Virus record (IMG/VR): IMGVR_UViG_2579778634_000020 | DNA: 46,724 nt | Origin: a virus | Lineage: Duplodnaviria > Heunggongvirae > Uroviricota > Caudoviricetes | Direction: 5' to 3' (one strand) | Part shown: positions 38,562 through 46,724 of the stretch, piece after piece | How positions within the stretch are numbered: the stretch's first letter is position 1 | Layout: every line of letters starts with the position of its first letter | The notes under the pieces: model-generated | What the model was told of the DNA's origin: nothing | The model's input: the letters and a program-made list of their open reading frames with translations, nothing else | Databases searched by the model: none | Translations under genes and position numbers: made by a program

Positions 38562-38981
38562 ATGGTTCATGAAGATAAAGCGCGTAAAGAGTTCGCCAGT
38601 AGGCTTGCGCTAGCCTGTGAAAACGCTGGTTATGAACAACATGGAAGGCAGGCAGAAATTGCCCGTCGAATGAAATTAACACCAAAAGCGGTTAGCAAAT
38701 GGTTTAATGGTGAAACAATTCCTCGCCGAGAGAAATTAAGGGAATTAGCAACACTCATTGGAACAACACCAACCTATCTTTTGGGAGAGGATACAGAAGA
38801 AAGTGGACAGATACGTTTCTATCAGGAGTTAAATCCAAGACAAAAAATCATCATTGACCTTCTGGACGAGCTCCCTGACAGTGAGACAGATGAACTTTTA
38901 AAAACTCTTGAGGAGAAAAAACAGAAGTACAATGCAATTTACGAAGAGTTAGCACGAAAGAAAAAACAAAAAGCCTCTTAA
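38562..38981 (+). CDS. racR: Prophage repressor RacR-like (XRE-family HTH)
   Basis: 139 aa with N-terminal HTH (QAEIARRMKLTPKAVSKWFNGE). CI-position, divergent from ydaS. Confidence 0.75.
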   Translation: MVHEDKARKEFASRLALACENAGYEQHGRQAEIARRMKLTPKAVSKWFNGETIPRREKLRELATLIGTTPTYLLGEDTEESGQIRFYQELNPRQKIIIDLLDELPDSETDELLKTLEEKKQKYNAIYEELARKKKQKAS

Positions 38982-39268
38982 ACCAGCATAAATCCGGTAG
39001 CGTCCCCCTCCGGGTTTGTGCTTCACTTTATCCCGTCTCATTTTTTTATACATAAAATGTACTTAAAGTACTTTACAATGATGAACACAAAGTACATTAT
39101 ATACCTACCAACCCACCCCGCCCCACAGAACGCCGGGCAATACTTCGAGTTACCAGGCAGTGGTCAGGGGTTAAGTAGCCAGCCCGAGGCGTATGAACAT
39201 GACGGCGGGATTCAAATTTTGCAGTGCAGCAGTTAGTTCCGCCACCCGGCGTTAAGGGGATAGATAAG

Positions 39269-39403
39269 ATGGTGCATTACGAAGTAGTTCAGTATTTGAT
39301 GGATTGTTGCGGTATCACTTACAACCAGGCTGTGCAGGCTTTACGCAGCAACGACTGGGATCTCTGGCAGGCAGAAGTCGCTATACGTAGCAACAAGATG
39401 TGA
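39269..39403 (+). CDS. ydaG: Rac prophage small protein YdaG (44 aa)
   Basis: RBS AAGGGGA. MVHYEVVQYLMDCCGITYNQAVQALRSNDWDLWQAEVAIRSNKM. Confidence 0.7.
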   Translation: MVHYEVVQYLMDCCGITYNQAVQALRSNDWDLWQAEVAIRSNKM

Positions 39404-39413
39404 GATTCGCAAA

Positions 39414-39569
39414 ATGCAAAAAATCGACCTCGGCAACAACGAATCCCTGGTGTGCGGCGTGTTCCCCAACCAGGATGGAACGTTCACTGCCATGACGTAT
39501 ACCAAAAGCAAAACATTTAAAACCGAAACTGGTGCGCGCCGATGGTTGGAGAAGCACACAGTAAGCTAA
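39414..39569 (+). CDS. ydaF: Rac prophage small protein YdaF (51 aa)
   Basis: MQKIDLGNNESLVCGVFPNQDGTFTAMTYTKSKTFKTETGARRWLEKHTVS. Its end overlaps the sieB 3' end convergently. Confidence 0.7.
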   Translation: MQKIDLGNNESLVCGVFPNQDGTFTAMTYTKSKTFKTETGARRWLEKHTVS

Positions 39570-40054
39570 CGATTAAAACGTCTACTCCTGCTGTTCCAGA
39601 ATAACTTCATAAAATGGGAGTATTTTTCGGTGACGAGATAATAAGAACAGTTTGCGCTATCACTCTGATGTTGAATGATGCCCTTCCGTTCTAATTTTTT
39701 CATAACCGGGTTACGGCAAGGAGAAGTGATAATAAGATTTCCTGTTTTAAGGAAATCTTTAAATACAGCGATTTCTTTCTCAGATAAACGAAGCAATACT
39801 CGTTGCTCTGGTAGTAATGAATAATGCTTTTGAATATGTGCTCGCAATCTTGAGAAGGAAATGGCGACCACGAAAGAAAAGGCAAAAACGATAATCTGAA
39901 AGAGCCAAGGTATTTCAGTATAAGCATTGAATGCGACAGTAAACTCTTTCGGTATCAGCCAGAGAGTGAGACCAAAAATGATAATCGTATACATAAGTCT
40001 TTCGAGTGGCTCGTTAGCAAAAAGTTTCAACAATGGAGTAAATACATCCAACAT
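39566..40054 (-). CDS. sieB: Superinfection exclusion protein SieB (162 aa from MLDVFTPLLK). The ORF-track N-terminal extension to 40177 is not part of the gene.
   Basis: Essentially identical to K-12 Rac SieB as recalled. TM segments present. Confidence 0.9.
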   Translation of the reverse strand: MLDVFTPLLKLFANEPLERLMYTIIIFGLTLWLIPKEFTVAFNAYTEIPWLFQIIVFAFSFVVAISFSRLRAHIQKHYSLLPEQRVLLRLSEKEIAVFKDFLKTGNLIITSPCRNPVMKKLERKGIIQHQSDSANCSYYLVTEKYSHFMKLFWNSRSRRFNR

Positions 40055-40495
40055 ATCAATAACTCTCAACTGTAAGGGTATTGAAATGTTAACACAAGCT
40101 CTCGCTGTAGGGGTATAGCCGAGACCACCGAAGCCCGGAGGTGGTGAAATAAAACCGGGCACAACACGAAGGCGCATTTCCGATATCCATAAAGAGTCGG
40201 TCTTGTCTGTTAAATTTAAATGGTGGGAGTGCGCCTCCGGTTGTAAATAACGACATTGCTGTGTGTAGTCCTGGCGGCATCAGTTTTTTTCTTGAAGTTC
40301 GGCTGATGTCCGCCCTTTTTAAAGTGAATTTTGTGATGCGGTGAATGCGGCTAAGCGCACGTGGCACAGTTAAAAGTCATGTTAGTCCTTATTGGTTTGG
40401 GTGGGAAAGCCGACTGTAATTGTTAACTGGTTGCAGTCACCTGGAGGCACCAGGCACCGCATCAACAAAGTTCATTTGTAAAAATGGAGATAATT

Positions 40496-40717
40496 ATGAT
40501 TGCACATCACTTCGGAACTGATGAAATACCACGTCAGTGTGTGACTCCTGGCGATTATGTTCTTCATGAAGGCCGGACATATATTGCCTCGGCAAACAAT
40601 ATTAAAAAGCGAAAACTATATATTCGTAACCTGACCACAAAAACATGCATTACTGACCGCATGATTAAAGTCTTCCTCGGTCGTGATGGTTTACCTGTAA
40701 AGGCGGAGTCATGGTGA
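40496..40717 (+). CDS. kilR: Cell-division inhibitor KilR (FtsZ inhibitor)
   Basis: 73 aa [35 protein letters not shown]... matches Rac KilR. Confidence 0.9.
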   Translation: MIAHHFGTDEIPRQCVTPGDYVLHEGRTYIASANNIKKRKLYIRNLTTKTCITDRMIKVFLGRDGLPVKAESW

Positions 40718-40887
40718 TGACTAAGAAAATAAAATGTGCTTACCACCTTTGCAAAAAAGACGTTGAAGAAAGCAAAGCTATTGAAAGAATGCTTCACTTC
40801 ATGCACGGGATTTTATCAAAAGACGAACCGAGAAAATATTGCAGTGAAGCTTGTGCCGAAAAAGACCAGATGGCACATGAACTTTAA
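40717..40887 (+). CDS. ydaE: YdaE (56 aa, Cys-rich zinc-binding), overlapping the kilR stop
   Basis: [56 protein letters not shown]. Confidence 0.7.
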   Translation: MTKKIKCAYHLCKKDVEESKAIERMLHFMHGILSKDEPRKYCSEACAEKDQMAHEL

Positions 40888-40961
40888 TTAATTGACTATT
40901 CGAAACTGAATTTATGCCAGAAATGGCAGGTATTCGCTCAACCTTAATTAAGGAGAAAAAC

Positions 40962-41237
40962 ATGATTACCAATTATGAAGCCACTGTTGTAACTACCGAT
41001 GACATTGTTCACGAGGTGAATCTGGAAGGAAAGCGCATTGGCTACGTAATTAAAACAGAAAATAAAGAAACCCCATTCACTGTGGTTGATATCGATGGTC
41101 CATCAGGCAACGTAAAAACACTTGATGAAGGTGTCAAAAAAATGTGCCTGGTGCATATCGGAAAGAATCTGCCCACAGAAAAAAAAGCCGAATTTCTGGC
41201 AACTCTAATTGCAATGAAATTAAAAGGTGAAATCTGA
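40962..41237 (+). CDS. racC: RacC (91 aa; start MITNYE)
   Basis: Matches Rac RacC. Immediately upstream of recE. Confidence 0.85.
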   Translation: MITNYEATVVTTDDIVHEVNLEGKRIGYVIKTENKETPFTVVDIDGPSGNVKTLDEGVKKMCLVHIGKNLPTEKKAEFLATLIAMKLKGEI

Positions 41238-41338
41238 AAGAAATAGCCTGCGTATGGCGCAGGCTATGAACAGTGTGTATCCGGCAAGATCATTCACTGA
41301 ACAAAACGAATTTTAATCTGAGTTGAGGTTAAAAAACA

Positions 41339-43939
41339 ATGAGCACAAAACCACTCTTCCTGTTACGGAAAGCGAAAAAATCATCCGGTGAACCTGACGT
41401 CGTCCTGTGGGCAAGCAACGATTTTGAATCGACCTGTGCCACTCTGGACTACCTGATCGTTAAGTCAGGTAAAAAACTGAGCAGCTATTTTAAAGCTGTT
41501 GCCACGAATTTTCCTGTCGTTAATGACCTGCCCGCTGAAGGTGAGATCGATTTTACCTGGAGTGAACGCTATCAACTCAGCAAAGACTCCATGACATGGG
41601 AACTAAAACCGGGAGCAGCACCAGACAACGCTCACTATCAAGGCAATACCAACGTCAACGGCGAAGACATGACTGAGATTGAGGAGAATATGCTACTCCC
41701 AATTTCTGGCCAGGAACTGCCCATTCGTTGGCTTGCTCAACACGGCAGCGAAAAACCGGTAACGCACGTTTCACGCGACGGACTCCAGGCATTACACATT
41801 GCTCGGGCTGAAGAACTACCGGCTGTTACTGCCCTGGCTGTTTCCCACAAAACCAGCCTGCTCGACCCGCTGGAAATTCGCGAACTCCACAAACTGGTTC
41901 GTGACACTGACAAAGTTTTCCCTAATCCTGGTAATTCAAACCTGGGACTGATAACTGCTTTTTTCGAAGCATACCTGAACGCTGACTACACCGATCGAGG
42001 ACTGCTGACAAAAGAGTGGATGAAGGGTAATCGTGTTTCACACATCACTCGCACGGCTTCCGGTGCTAATGCTGGCGGCGGAAACCTCACCGATCGCGGC
42101 GAAGGTTTCGTACACGATCTGACGTCACTGGCGCGCGACGTAGCCACTGGCGTACTGGCCCGTTCAATGGATCTGGACATCTATAACCTTCATCCGGCAC
42201 ACGCTAAACGCATTGAGGAAATTATCGCTGAAAATAAACCGCCCTTTTCTGTTTTCCGCGACAAATTCATCACCATGCCTGGCGGGCTGGATTATTCCCG
42301 CGCCATCGTGGTTGCGTCCGTAAAAGAAGCACCAATTGGGATCGAGGTCATCCCCGCGCACGTCACTGAATATCTGAACAAAGTACTGACTGAAACCGAT
42401 CATGCCAACCCTGATCCGGAAATCGTGGATATTGCCTGCGGTCGCTCCTCTGCCCCGATGCCGCAGCGAGTAACAGAAGAAGGAAAACAGGATGATGAAG
42501 AAAAACCGCAACCATCTGGAACAACGGCAGTTGAACAGGGAGAGGCTGAAACAATGGAACCGGACGCAACTGAACATCATCAGGACACGCAGCCGCTGGA
42601 TGCTCAGTCACAGGTAAATTCTGTTGATGCGAAATATCAGGAACTGCGGGCAGAACTCCATGAAGCCCGGAAAAACATTCCATCAAAAAATCCTGTCGAT
42701 GCCGATAAATTGCTTGCTGCATCACGTGGTGAATTTGTTGACGGAATTAGCGACCCGAACGATCCGAAATGGGTAAAGGGGATCCAGACTCGCGATTGTG
42801 TGTACCAGAACCAGCCAGAAACGGAAAAAACCAGCCCGGATATGAATCAACCTGAGCCAGTAGTGCAACAGGAACCGGAAATAGCCTGCAATGCCTGCGG
42901 CCAGACTGGCGGGGATAACTGCCCTGACTGTGGTGCGGTGATGGGCGACGCAACATACCAGGAAACATTCGATGAAGAGAGTCAGGTTGAAGCTAAGGAA
43001 AATGATCCGGAGGAAATGGAAGGCGCTGAACATCCGCACAATGAGAATGCTGGCAGCGATCCGCATCGCGATTGCAGTGATGAAACTGGCGAAGTCGCAG
43101 ATCCCGTAATCGTAGAAGACATAGAGCCAGGTATTTATTACGGAATTTCGAATGAGAATTACCACGCGGGTCCCGGTGTCAGTAAGTCTCAGCTCGATGA
43201 CATTGCTGATACTCCGGCACTGTATTTGTGGCGTAAAAATGCCCCCGTGGACACCACAAAGACAAAAACGCTCGATTTAGGAACCGCTTTCCACTGCCGG
43301 GTACTTGAGCCGGAAGAATTCAGTAACCGCTTTATCGTAGCACCTGAATTTAACCGCCGGACAAACTCCGGAAAAGAAGAAGAGAAAGCGTTTCTGAGGG
43401 AATGCGCAAGCACAGGAAAAACGGTTATCACTGCCGAAGAAGGCCGGAAAATTGAACTCATGTATCAGAGCGTTATGGCTTTGCCGCTGGGGCAATGGCT
43501 TGTTAAAAGCGCCGGACACGCTGAATCATCAATTTACTGGGAAGATCCTGAAACAGCAATTTTGTGTCGGTGCCGTCCGGACAAAATTATCCCTGAATTT
43601 CACTGGATCATGGACGTGAAAACTACGGCGGATATTCAACGATTCAAAACCGCTTATTACGACTACCGCTATCACGTTCAGGATGCATTCTACAGTGACG
43701 GTTATGAAGCACAGTTTGGAGTGCAGCCAACTTTCGTTTTTCTGGTTGCCAGCACAACTATTGAATGCGGACGTTATCCGGTTGAAATTTTCATGATGGG
43801 CGAAGAAGCAAAACTGGCAGGTCAGCTGGAATATCACCGCAATCTGCGAACCCTGGCTGACTGCCTCAATACCGATGAATGGCCAGCTATTAAGACGTTA
43901 TCAGTGCCCCGCTGGGCTAAGGAATATGCAAATGACTAA
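41339..43939 (+). CDS. recE: Exodeoxyribonuclease VIII RecE (full-length 866 aa)
   Basis: 866 aa with an acidic low-complexity middle and a C-terminal nuclease domain (...[15 protein letters not shown]...). Stop overlaps the recT start. Confidence 0.95.
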   Translation: MSTKPLFLLRKAKKSSGEPDVVLWASNDFESTCATLDYLIVKSGKKLSSYFKAVATNFPVVNDLPAEGEIDFTWSERYQLSKDSMTWELKPGAAPDNAHYQGNTNVNGEDMTEIEENMLLPISGQELPIRWLAQHGSEKPVTHVSRDGLQALHIARAEELPAVTALAVSHKTSLLDPLEIRELHKLVRDTDKVFPNPGNSNLGLITAFFEAYLNADYTDRGLLTKEWMKGNRVSHITRTASGANAGGGNLTDRGEGFVHDLTSLARDVATGVLARSMDLDIYNLHPAHAKRIEEIIAENKPPFSVFRDKFITMPGGLDYSRAIVVASVKEAPIGIEVIPAHVTEYLNKVLTETDHANPDPEIVDIACGRSSAPMPQRVTEEGKQDDEEKPQPSGTTAVEQGEAETMEPDATEHHQDTQPLDAQSQVNSVDAKYQELRAELHEARKNIPSKNPVDADKLLAASRGEFVDGISDPNDPKWVKGIQTRDCVYQNQPETEKTSPDMNQPEPVVQQEPEIACNACGQTGGDNCPDCGAVMGDATYQETFDEESQVEAKENDPEEMEGAEHPHNENAGSDPHRDCSDETGEVADPVIVEDIEPGIYYGISNENYHAGPGVSKSQLDDIADTPALYLWRKNAPVDTTKTKTLDLGTAFHCRVLEPEEFSNRFIVAPEFNRRTNSGKEEEKAFLRECASTGKTVITAEEGRKIELMYQSVMALPLGQWLVKSAGHAESSIYWEDPETAILCRCRPDKIIPEFHWIMDVKTTADIQRFKTAYYDYRYHVQDAFYSDGYEAQFGVQPTFVFLVASTTIECGRYPVEIFMMGEEAKLAGQLEYHRNLRTLADCLNTDEWPAIKTLSVPRWAKEYAND

Positions 43940-44741
43940 GCAACCACCAATCGCAAAAGCCGATCTGCAAAAAACTCAGGGAAACCGTGCACCAGCAGCA
44001 ATTAAAAATAACGACGTGATTAGTTTTATTAACCAGCCATCAATGAAAGAGCAACTGGCAGCAGCTCTTCCACGCCATATGACGGCTGAACGTATGATCC
44101 GTATCGCCACCACAGAAATTCGTAAAGTTCCGGCGTTAGGAAACTGTGACACTATGAGTTTTGTCAGTGCAATCGTACAGTGTTCACAGCTCGGACTTGA
44201 GCCCGGTAGCGCCCTCGGTCATGCATATTTACTGCCTTTTGGTAATAAAAACGAAAAGAGCGGTAAAAAAAACGTTCAGCTAATCATTGGCTATCGCGGC
44301 ATGATTGATCTGGCTCGCCGTTCAGGTCAAATCGCCAGCTTGTCAGCCCGTGTTGTCCGTGAAGGTGACGAGTTTAATTTCGAATTTGGCCTTGATGAAA
44401 AGTTAATACACCGCCCAGGAGAAAACGAAGATGCCCCTGTTACCCACGTCTATGCTGTCGCAAGACTGAAAGACGGAGGTACTCAGTTTGAAGTTATGAC
44501 GCGCAAACAGATTGAGCTGGTGCGCAGCCAGAGTAAAGCTGGTAATAACGGGCCGTGGGTAACTCACTGGGAAGAAATGGCAAAGAAAACGGCTATTCGT
44601 CGCCTGTTCAAATATCTGCCCGTATCAATTGAGATCCAGCGTGCAGTATCAATGGATGAAAAGGAACCACTGACAATCGATCCTGCAGATTCCTCTGTAT
44701 TAACCGGGGAATACAGTGTAATCGATAATTCAGAGGAATAA
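43932..44741 (+). CDS. recT: Recombinase RecT (ssDNA annealing protein)
   Basis: 269 aa from [17 protein letters not shown]...; matches RecT. Confidence 0.95.
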   Translation: MTKQPPIAKADLQKTQGNRAPAAIKNNDVISFINQPSMKEQLAAALPRHMTAERMIRIATTEIRKVPALGNCDTMSFVSAIVQCSQLGLEPGSALGHAYLLPFGNKNEKSGKKNVQLIIGYRGMIDLARRSGQIASLSARVVREGDEFNFEFGLDEKLIHRPGENEDAPVTHVYAVARLKDGGTQFEVMTRKQIELVRSQSKAGNNGPWVTHWEEMAKKTAIRRLFKYLPVSIEIQRAVSMDEKEPLTIDPADSSVLTGEYSVIDNSEE

Positions 44742-44796
44742 TTCAGCCTGGCGGTGTAATGCACCGCCAACTTGAAATATTTTTATGAGAAAAATT

Positions 44797-44991
44797 ATGA
44801 GATATGACAATGTTAAACCATGTCCATTTTGTGGTTGTCCATCAGTAACGGTGAAAGACATTTCAGGATATTACCGGGCAAAATGCAACGGATGCGAATC
44901 CCGAACTGGCTATGGTGGAAGTGAAAAAGAAGCGCTCGAAAGATGGAATAAACGAACCACTGAAAATATTAATGGAGGCGTTCATGTATAA
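44797..44991 (+). CDS. ralR: RalR (Lar) restriction-alleviation protein / type I TA toxin (64 aa from MRYDNVKP)
   Basis: MRYDNVKPCPFCGCPSVTVKDISGYYRAKCNGCESRTGYGGSEKEALERWNKR... matches RalR. Confidence 0.9.
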   Translation: MRYDNVKPCPFCGCPSVTVKDISGYYRAKCNGCESRTGYGGSEKEALERWNKRTTENINGGVHV

Positions 44992-45172
44992 AATTACCGC
45001 TACAATTGAAAAGGAAGGTGGCACTCCTACTAACTGGACAAGATATTCAAAATCTAAACTAACGAAATCAGAATGCGAAAAAATGCTCTCAGGTAAAAAA
45101 GAAGCAGGCGTTTCCAGAGAGCAGAAAGTAAAACTGATAAATTTTAATTGCGAGAAACTTCAGTCCTCGTGA
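44972..45172 (+). CDS. ydaC: YdaC (DUF1187) small protein
   Basis: ...MYKITATIEKEGGTPTNWTRYSKSKLTKSECEKMLSGKKEAGVSREQKVKLINFN... The start codon is uncertain (44972 or 44984); the ORF-track start at 44912 overlaps ralR. Confidence 0.6.
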   Translation: MEAFMYKITATIEKEGGTPTNWTRYSKSKLTKSECEKMLSGKKEAGVSREQKVKLINFNCEKLQSS

Positions 45173-45271
45173 ATTGCATTGTATTCAAATTAAAACTTCA
45201 TAGCTGATTATTAATAATCAACATCAGGCGTCAATTTCAGTCTAACATTGGCGCCTGCCAGAGGTGATGCG

Positions 45272-45487
45272 ATGGCACAAGTAATCTTTAATGAAGAGTG
45301 GATGGTTGAATACGGCCTGATGCTTCGCACTGGTCTGGGGGCCAGACAAATTGAAGCATACCGCCAGAACTGTTGGGTGGAGGGCTTCCACTTCAAACGA
45401 GTATCTCCTTTAGGTAAGCCAGACAGCAAACGAGGGATTATCTGGTACAACTATCCAAAGATAAATCAGTTTATCAAAGACTCATGA
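45272..45487 (+). CDS. xisR: Excisionase (Rac XisR/YdaQ, 71 aa from [10 protein letters not shown])
   Basis: Matches YdaQ. Lies directly upstream of int with a 1-nt gap. Confidence 0.85.
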   Translation: MAQVIFNEEWMVEYGLMLRTGLGARQIEAYRQNCWVEGFHFKRVSPLGKPDSKRGIIWYNYPKINQFIKDS

Positions 45488-45488
45488 T

Positions 45489-46724
45489 ATGTCTAAATTA
45501 CCAACAGGTGTCGAGATTAGAGGTAGAAACATTCGCATCTGGTTCATGTTTCGAGGAAAACGATGTCGGGAAACATTAAAAGGCTGGGAGATTACAAACA
45601 GTAATATTAAAAAAGCCGGAAATTTAAGAGCGCTGATAGTTCATGAAATAAACTCCGGTGAATTTGAGTATTTAAGACGTTTTCCCCAGTCCAGCACTGG
45701 GGCAAAAATGGTGACAACGAGAGTCATAAAAACGTTCGGGGAGCTTTGTGATATCTGGACAAAAATTAAAGAGACAGAGTTAACAACAAACACAATGAAG
45801 AAAACGAAATCACAATTAAAAACACTCAGAATAATAATTTGTGAAAGTACCCCGATATCATATATTCGTTATAGCGATATCTTAAACTACCGGAATGAAC
45901 TGCTGCATGGAGAAACGCTTTACCTGGATAATCCAAGATCCAACAAAAAAGGAAGAACCGTGCGCACAGTTGATAACTATATCGCCCTGCTCTGTTCGCT
46001 GTTACGTTTTGCGTATCAGTCGGGATTTATATCAACCAAACCATTTGAAGGAGTAAAAAAATTACAGCGAAACAGAATAAAGCCTGACCCGTTATCTAAA
46101 ACAGAATTCAATGCATTAATGGAAAGTGAAAAAGGACAGAGCCAAAACTTGTGGAAATTTGCCGTTTACTCCGGGCTTCGTCACGGGGAACTGGCAGCTC
46201 TGGCGTGGGAGGATGTGGATTTCGAGAAGGGAATTGTGAATGTCAGAAGAAACCTGACGATACTTGATATGTTCGGTCCCCCAAAAACAAATGCCGGGAT
46301 CCGGACGGTAACATTACTACAGCCAGCTCTTGAAGCACTGAAGGAGCAATACAAACTGACCGGGCATCATCGCAAAAGCGAAATCACTTTTTATCATCGG
46401 GAGTACGGCAGAACCGAAAAGCAAAAACTGCATTTTGTTTTCATGCCCAGGATGTGTAACGGAAAACAGAAACCTTATTACTCGGTAAGCAGTTTGGGTG
46501 CGAGATGGAATGCAGCAGTAAAACGTGCTGGTATTCGCCGCCGTAATCCGTACCATACGCGACATACTTTTGCCTGCTGGCTGTTGACGGCAGGAGCGAA
46601 CCCGGCATTTATAGCCAGCCAGATGGGGCATGAAACTGCGCAGATGGTGTATGAAATTTACGGTATGTGGATTGATGACATGAACGACGAACAGGTAGCC
46701 ATGTTGAATGCGCGGTTATCATAG
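45489..46724 (+). CDS. intR: Tyrosine integrase IntR (phage integrase family). Its 3' end points to the prophage boundary just beyond the window.
   Basis: 411 aa, the same length as Rac IntR. C-terminal catalytic motifs R...HxxR...Y (NPYHTRHTFACWLLTAGANPAFIASQMGHETAQMVYEIY). Confidence 0.95.
   Translation: MSKLPTGVEIRGRNIRIWFMFRGKRCRETLKGWEITNSNIKKAGNLRALIVHEINSGEFEYLRRFPQSSTGAKMVTTRVIKTFGELCDIWTKIKETELTTNTMKKTKSQLKTLRIIICESTPISYIRYSDILNYRNELLHGETLYLDNPRSNKKGRTVRTVDNYIALLCSLLRFAYQSGFISTKPFEGVKKLQRNRIKPDPLSKTEFNALMESEKGQSQNLWKFAVYSGLRHGELAALAWEDVDFEKGIVNVRRNLTILDMFGPPKTNAGIRTVTLLQPALEALKEQYKLTGHHRKSEITFYHREYGRTEKQKLHFVFMPRMCNGKQKPYYSVSSLGARWNAAVKRAGIRRRNPYHTRHTFACWLLTAGANPAFIASQMGHETAQMVYEIYGMWIDDMNDEQVAMLNARLS

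Noticed and set aside
39018-39236. 72-aa plus ORF between racR and ydaG
   Set aside because: No RBS. The region is better explained as an AT-rich operator/promoter region with palindromic motifs.
39566-40177. N-terminal 41-aa extension of sieB in the ORF track
   Set aside because: Known SieB starts at MLDVFTPLLK. The extension has no RBS and runs into the regulatory region.

Overview
This window is almost entirely one intact lambdoid prophage of the E. coli Rac type, seen in reverse orientation relative to the K-12 Rac map. I infer its gene order and products by recognising the translated ORFs against remembered Rac and lambda proteins; no database search was run.

From right to left, the early region carries integrase IntR, excisionase, YdaC, RalR, RecT, RecE, RacC, YdaE, KilR, SieB, YdaF, YdaG, the RacR/YdaS/YdaT immunity genes, and the YdaU (O-like) and YdaV (DnaC-like) replication genes. 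The late region follows on the minus strand: nin-region genes, a Q-like antiterminator, a tR'-like terminator, holin, R transglycosylase, Rz/Rz1, the cargo K+ transporter TrkG, a ParB-like/glycosyltransferase-like pair, small and large terminase subunits, portal, head-morphogenesis protein, scaffold, major capsid, connector proteins, major tail protein, G/G-T chaperones with an A_AAA_AAG -1 frameshift site, tape measure, M, L, K, I, J, Lom and a side tail fiber.

Unlike the defective K-12 Rac, this copy keeps complete head, tail and packaging modules.

The standout accessory feature is an AT-rich, opposite-strand insertion at 31.3 to 34.9 kb. It contains a hok-like type I toxin locus, a 28-aa hydrophobic peptide gene, and a two-gene module of an OLD-family ABC-ATPase/Toprim nuclease followed by a C5-cytosine DNA methyltransferase. 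I read this as a candidate ATP-dependent restriction-modification-like defence system.

Other notable points:
- An in-frame Tfa remnant sits directly behind the side-tail-fiber stop codon, consistent with tail-fiber module replacement by a fiber carrying a C-terminal intramolecular-chaperone domain.
- Two moron slots are occupied: a membrane protein between tR' and the holin, and TrkG plus the ParB-like/GT-like genes between Rz and the terminase.
- Hairpin and U-run terminator-like structures lie inside the structural operon.
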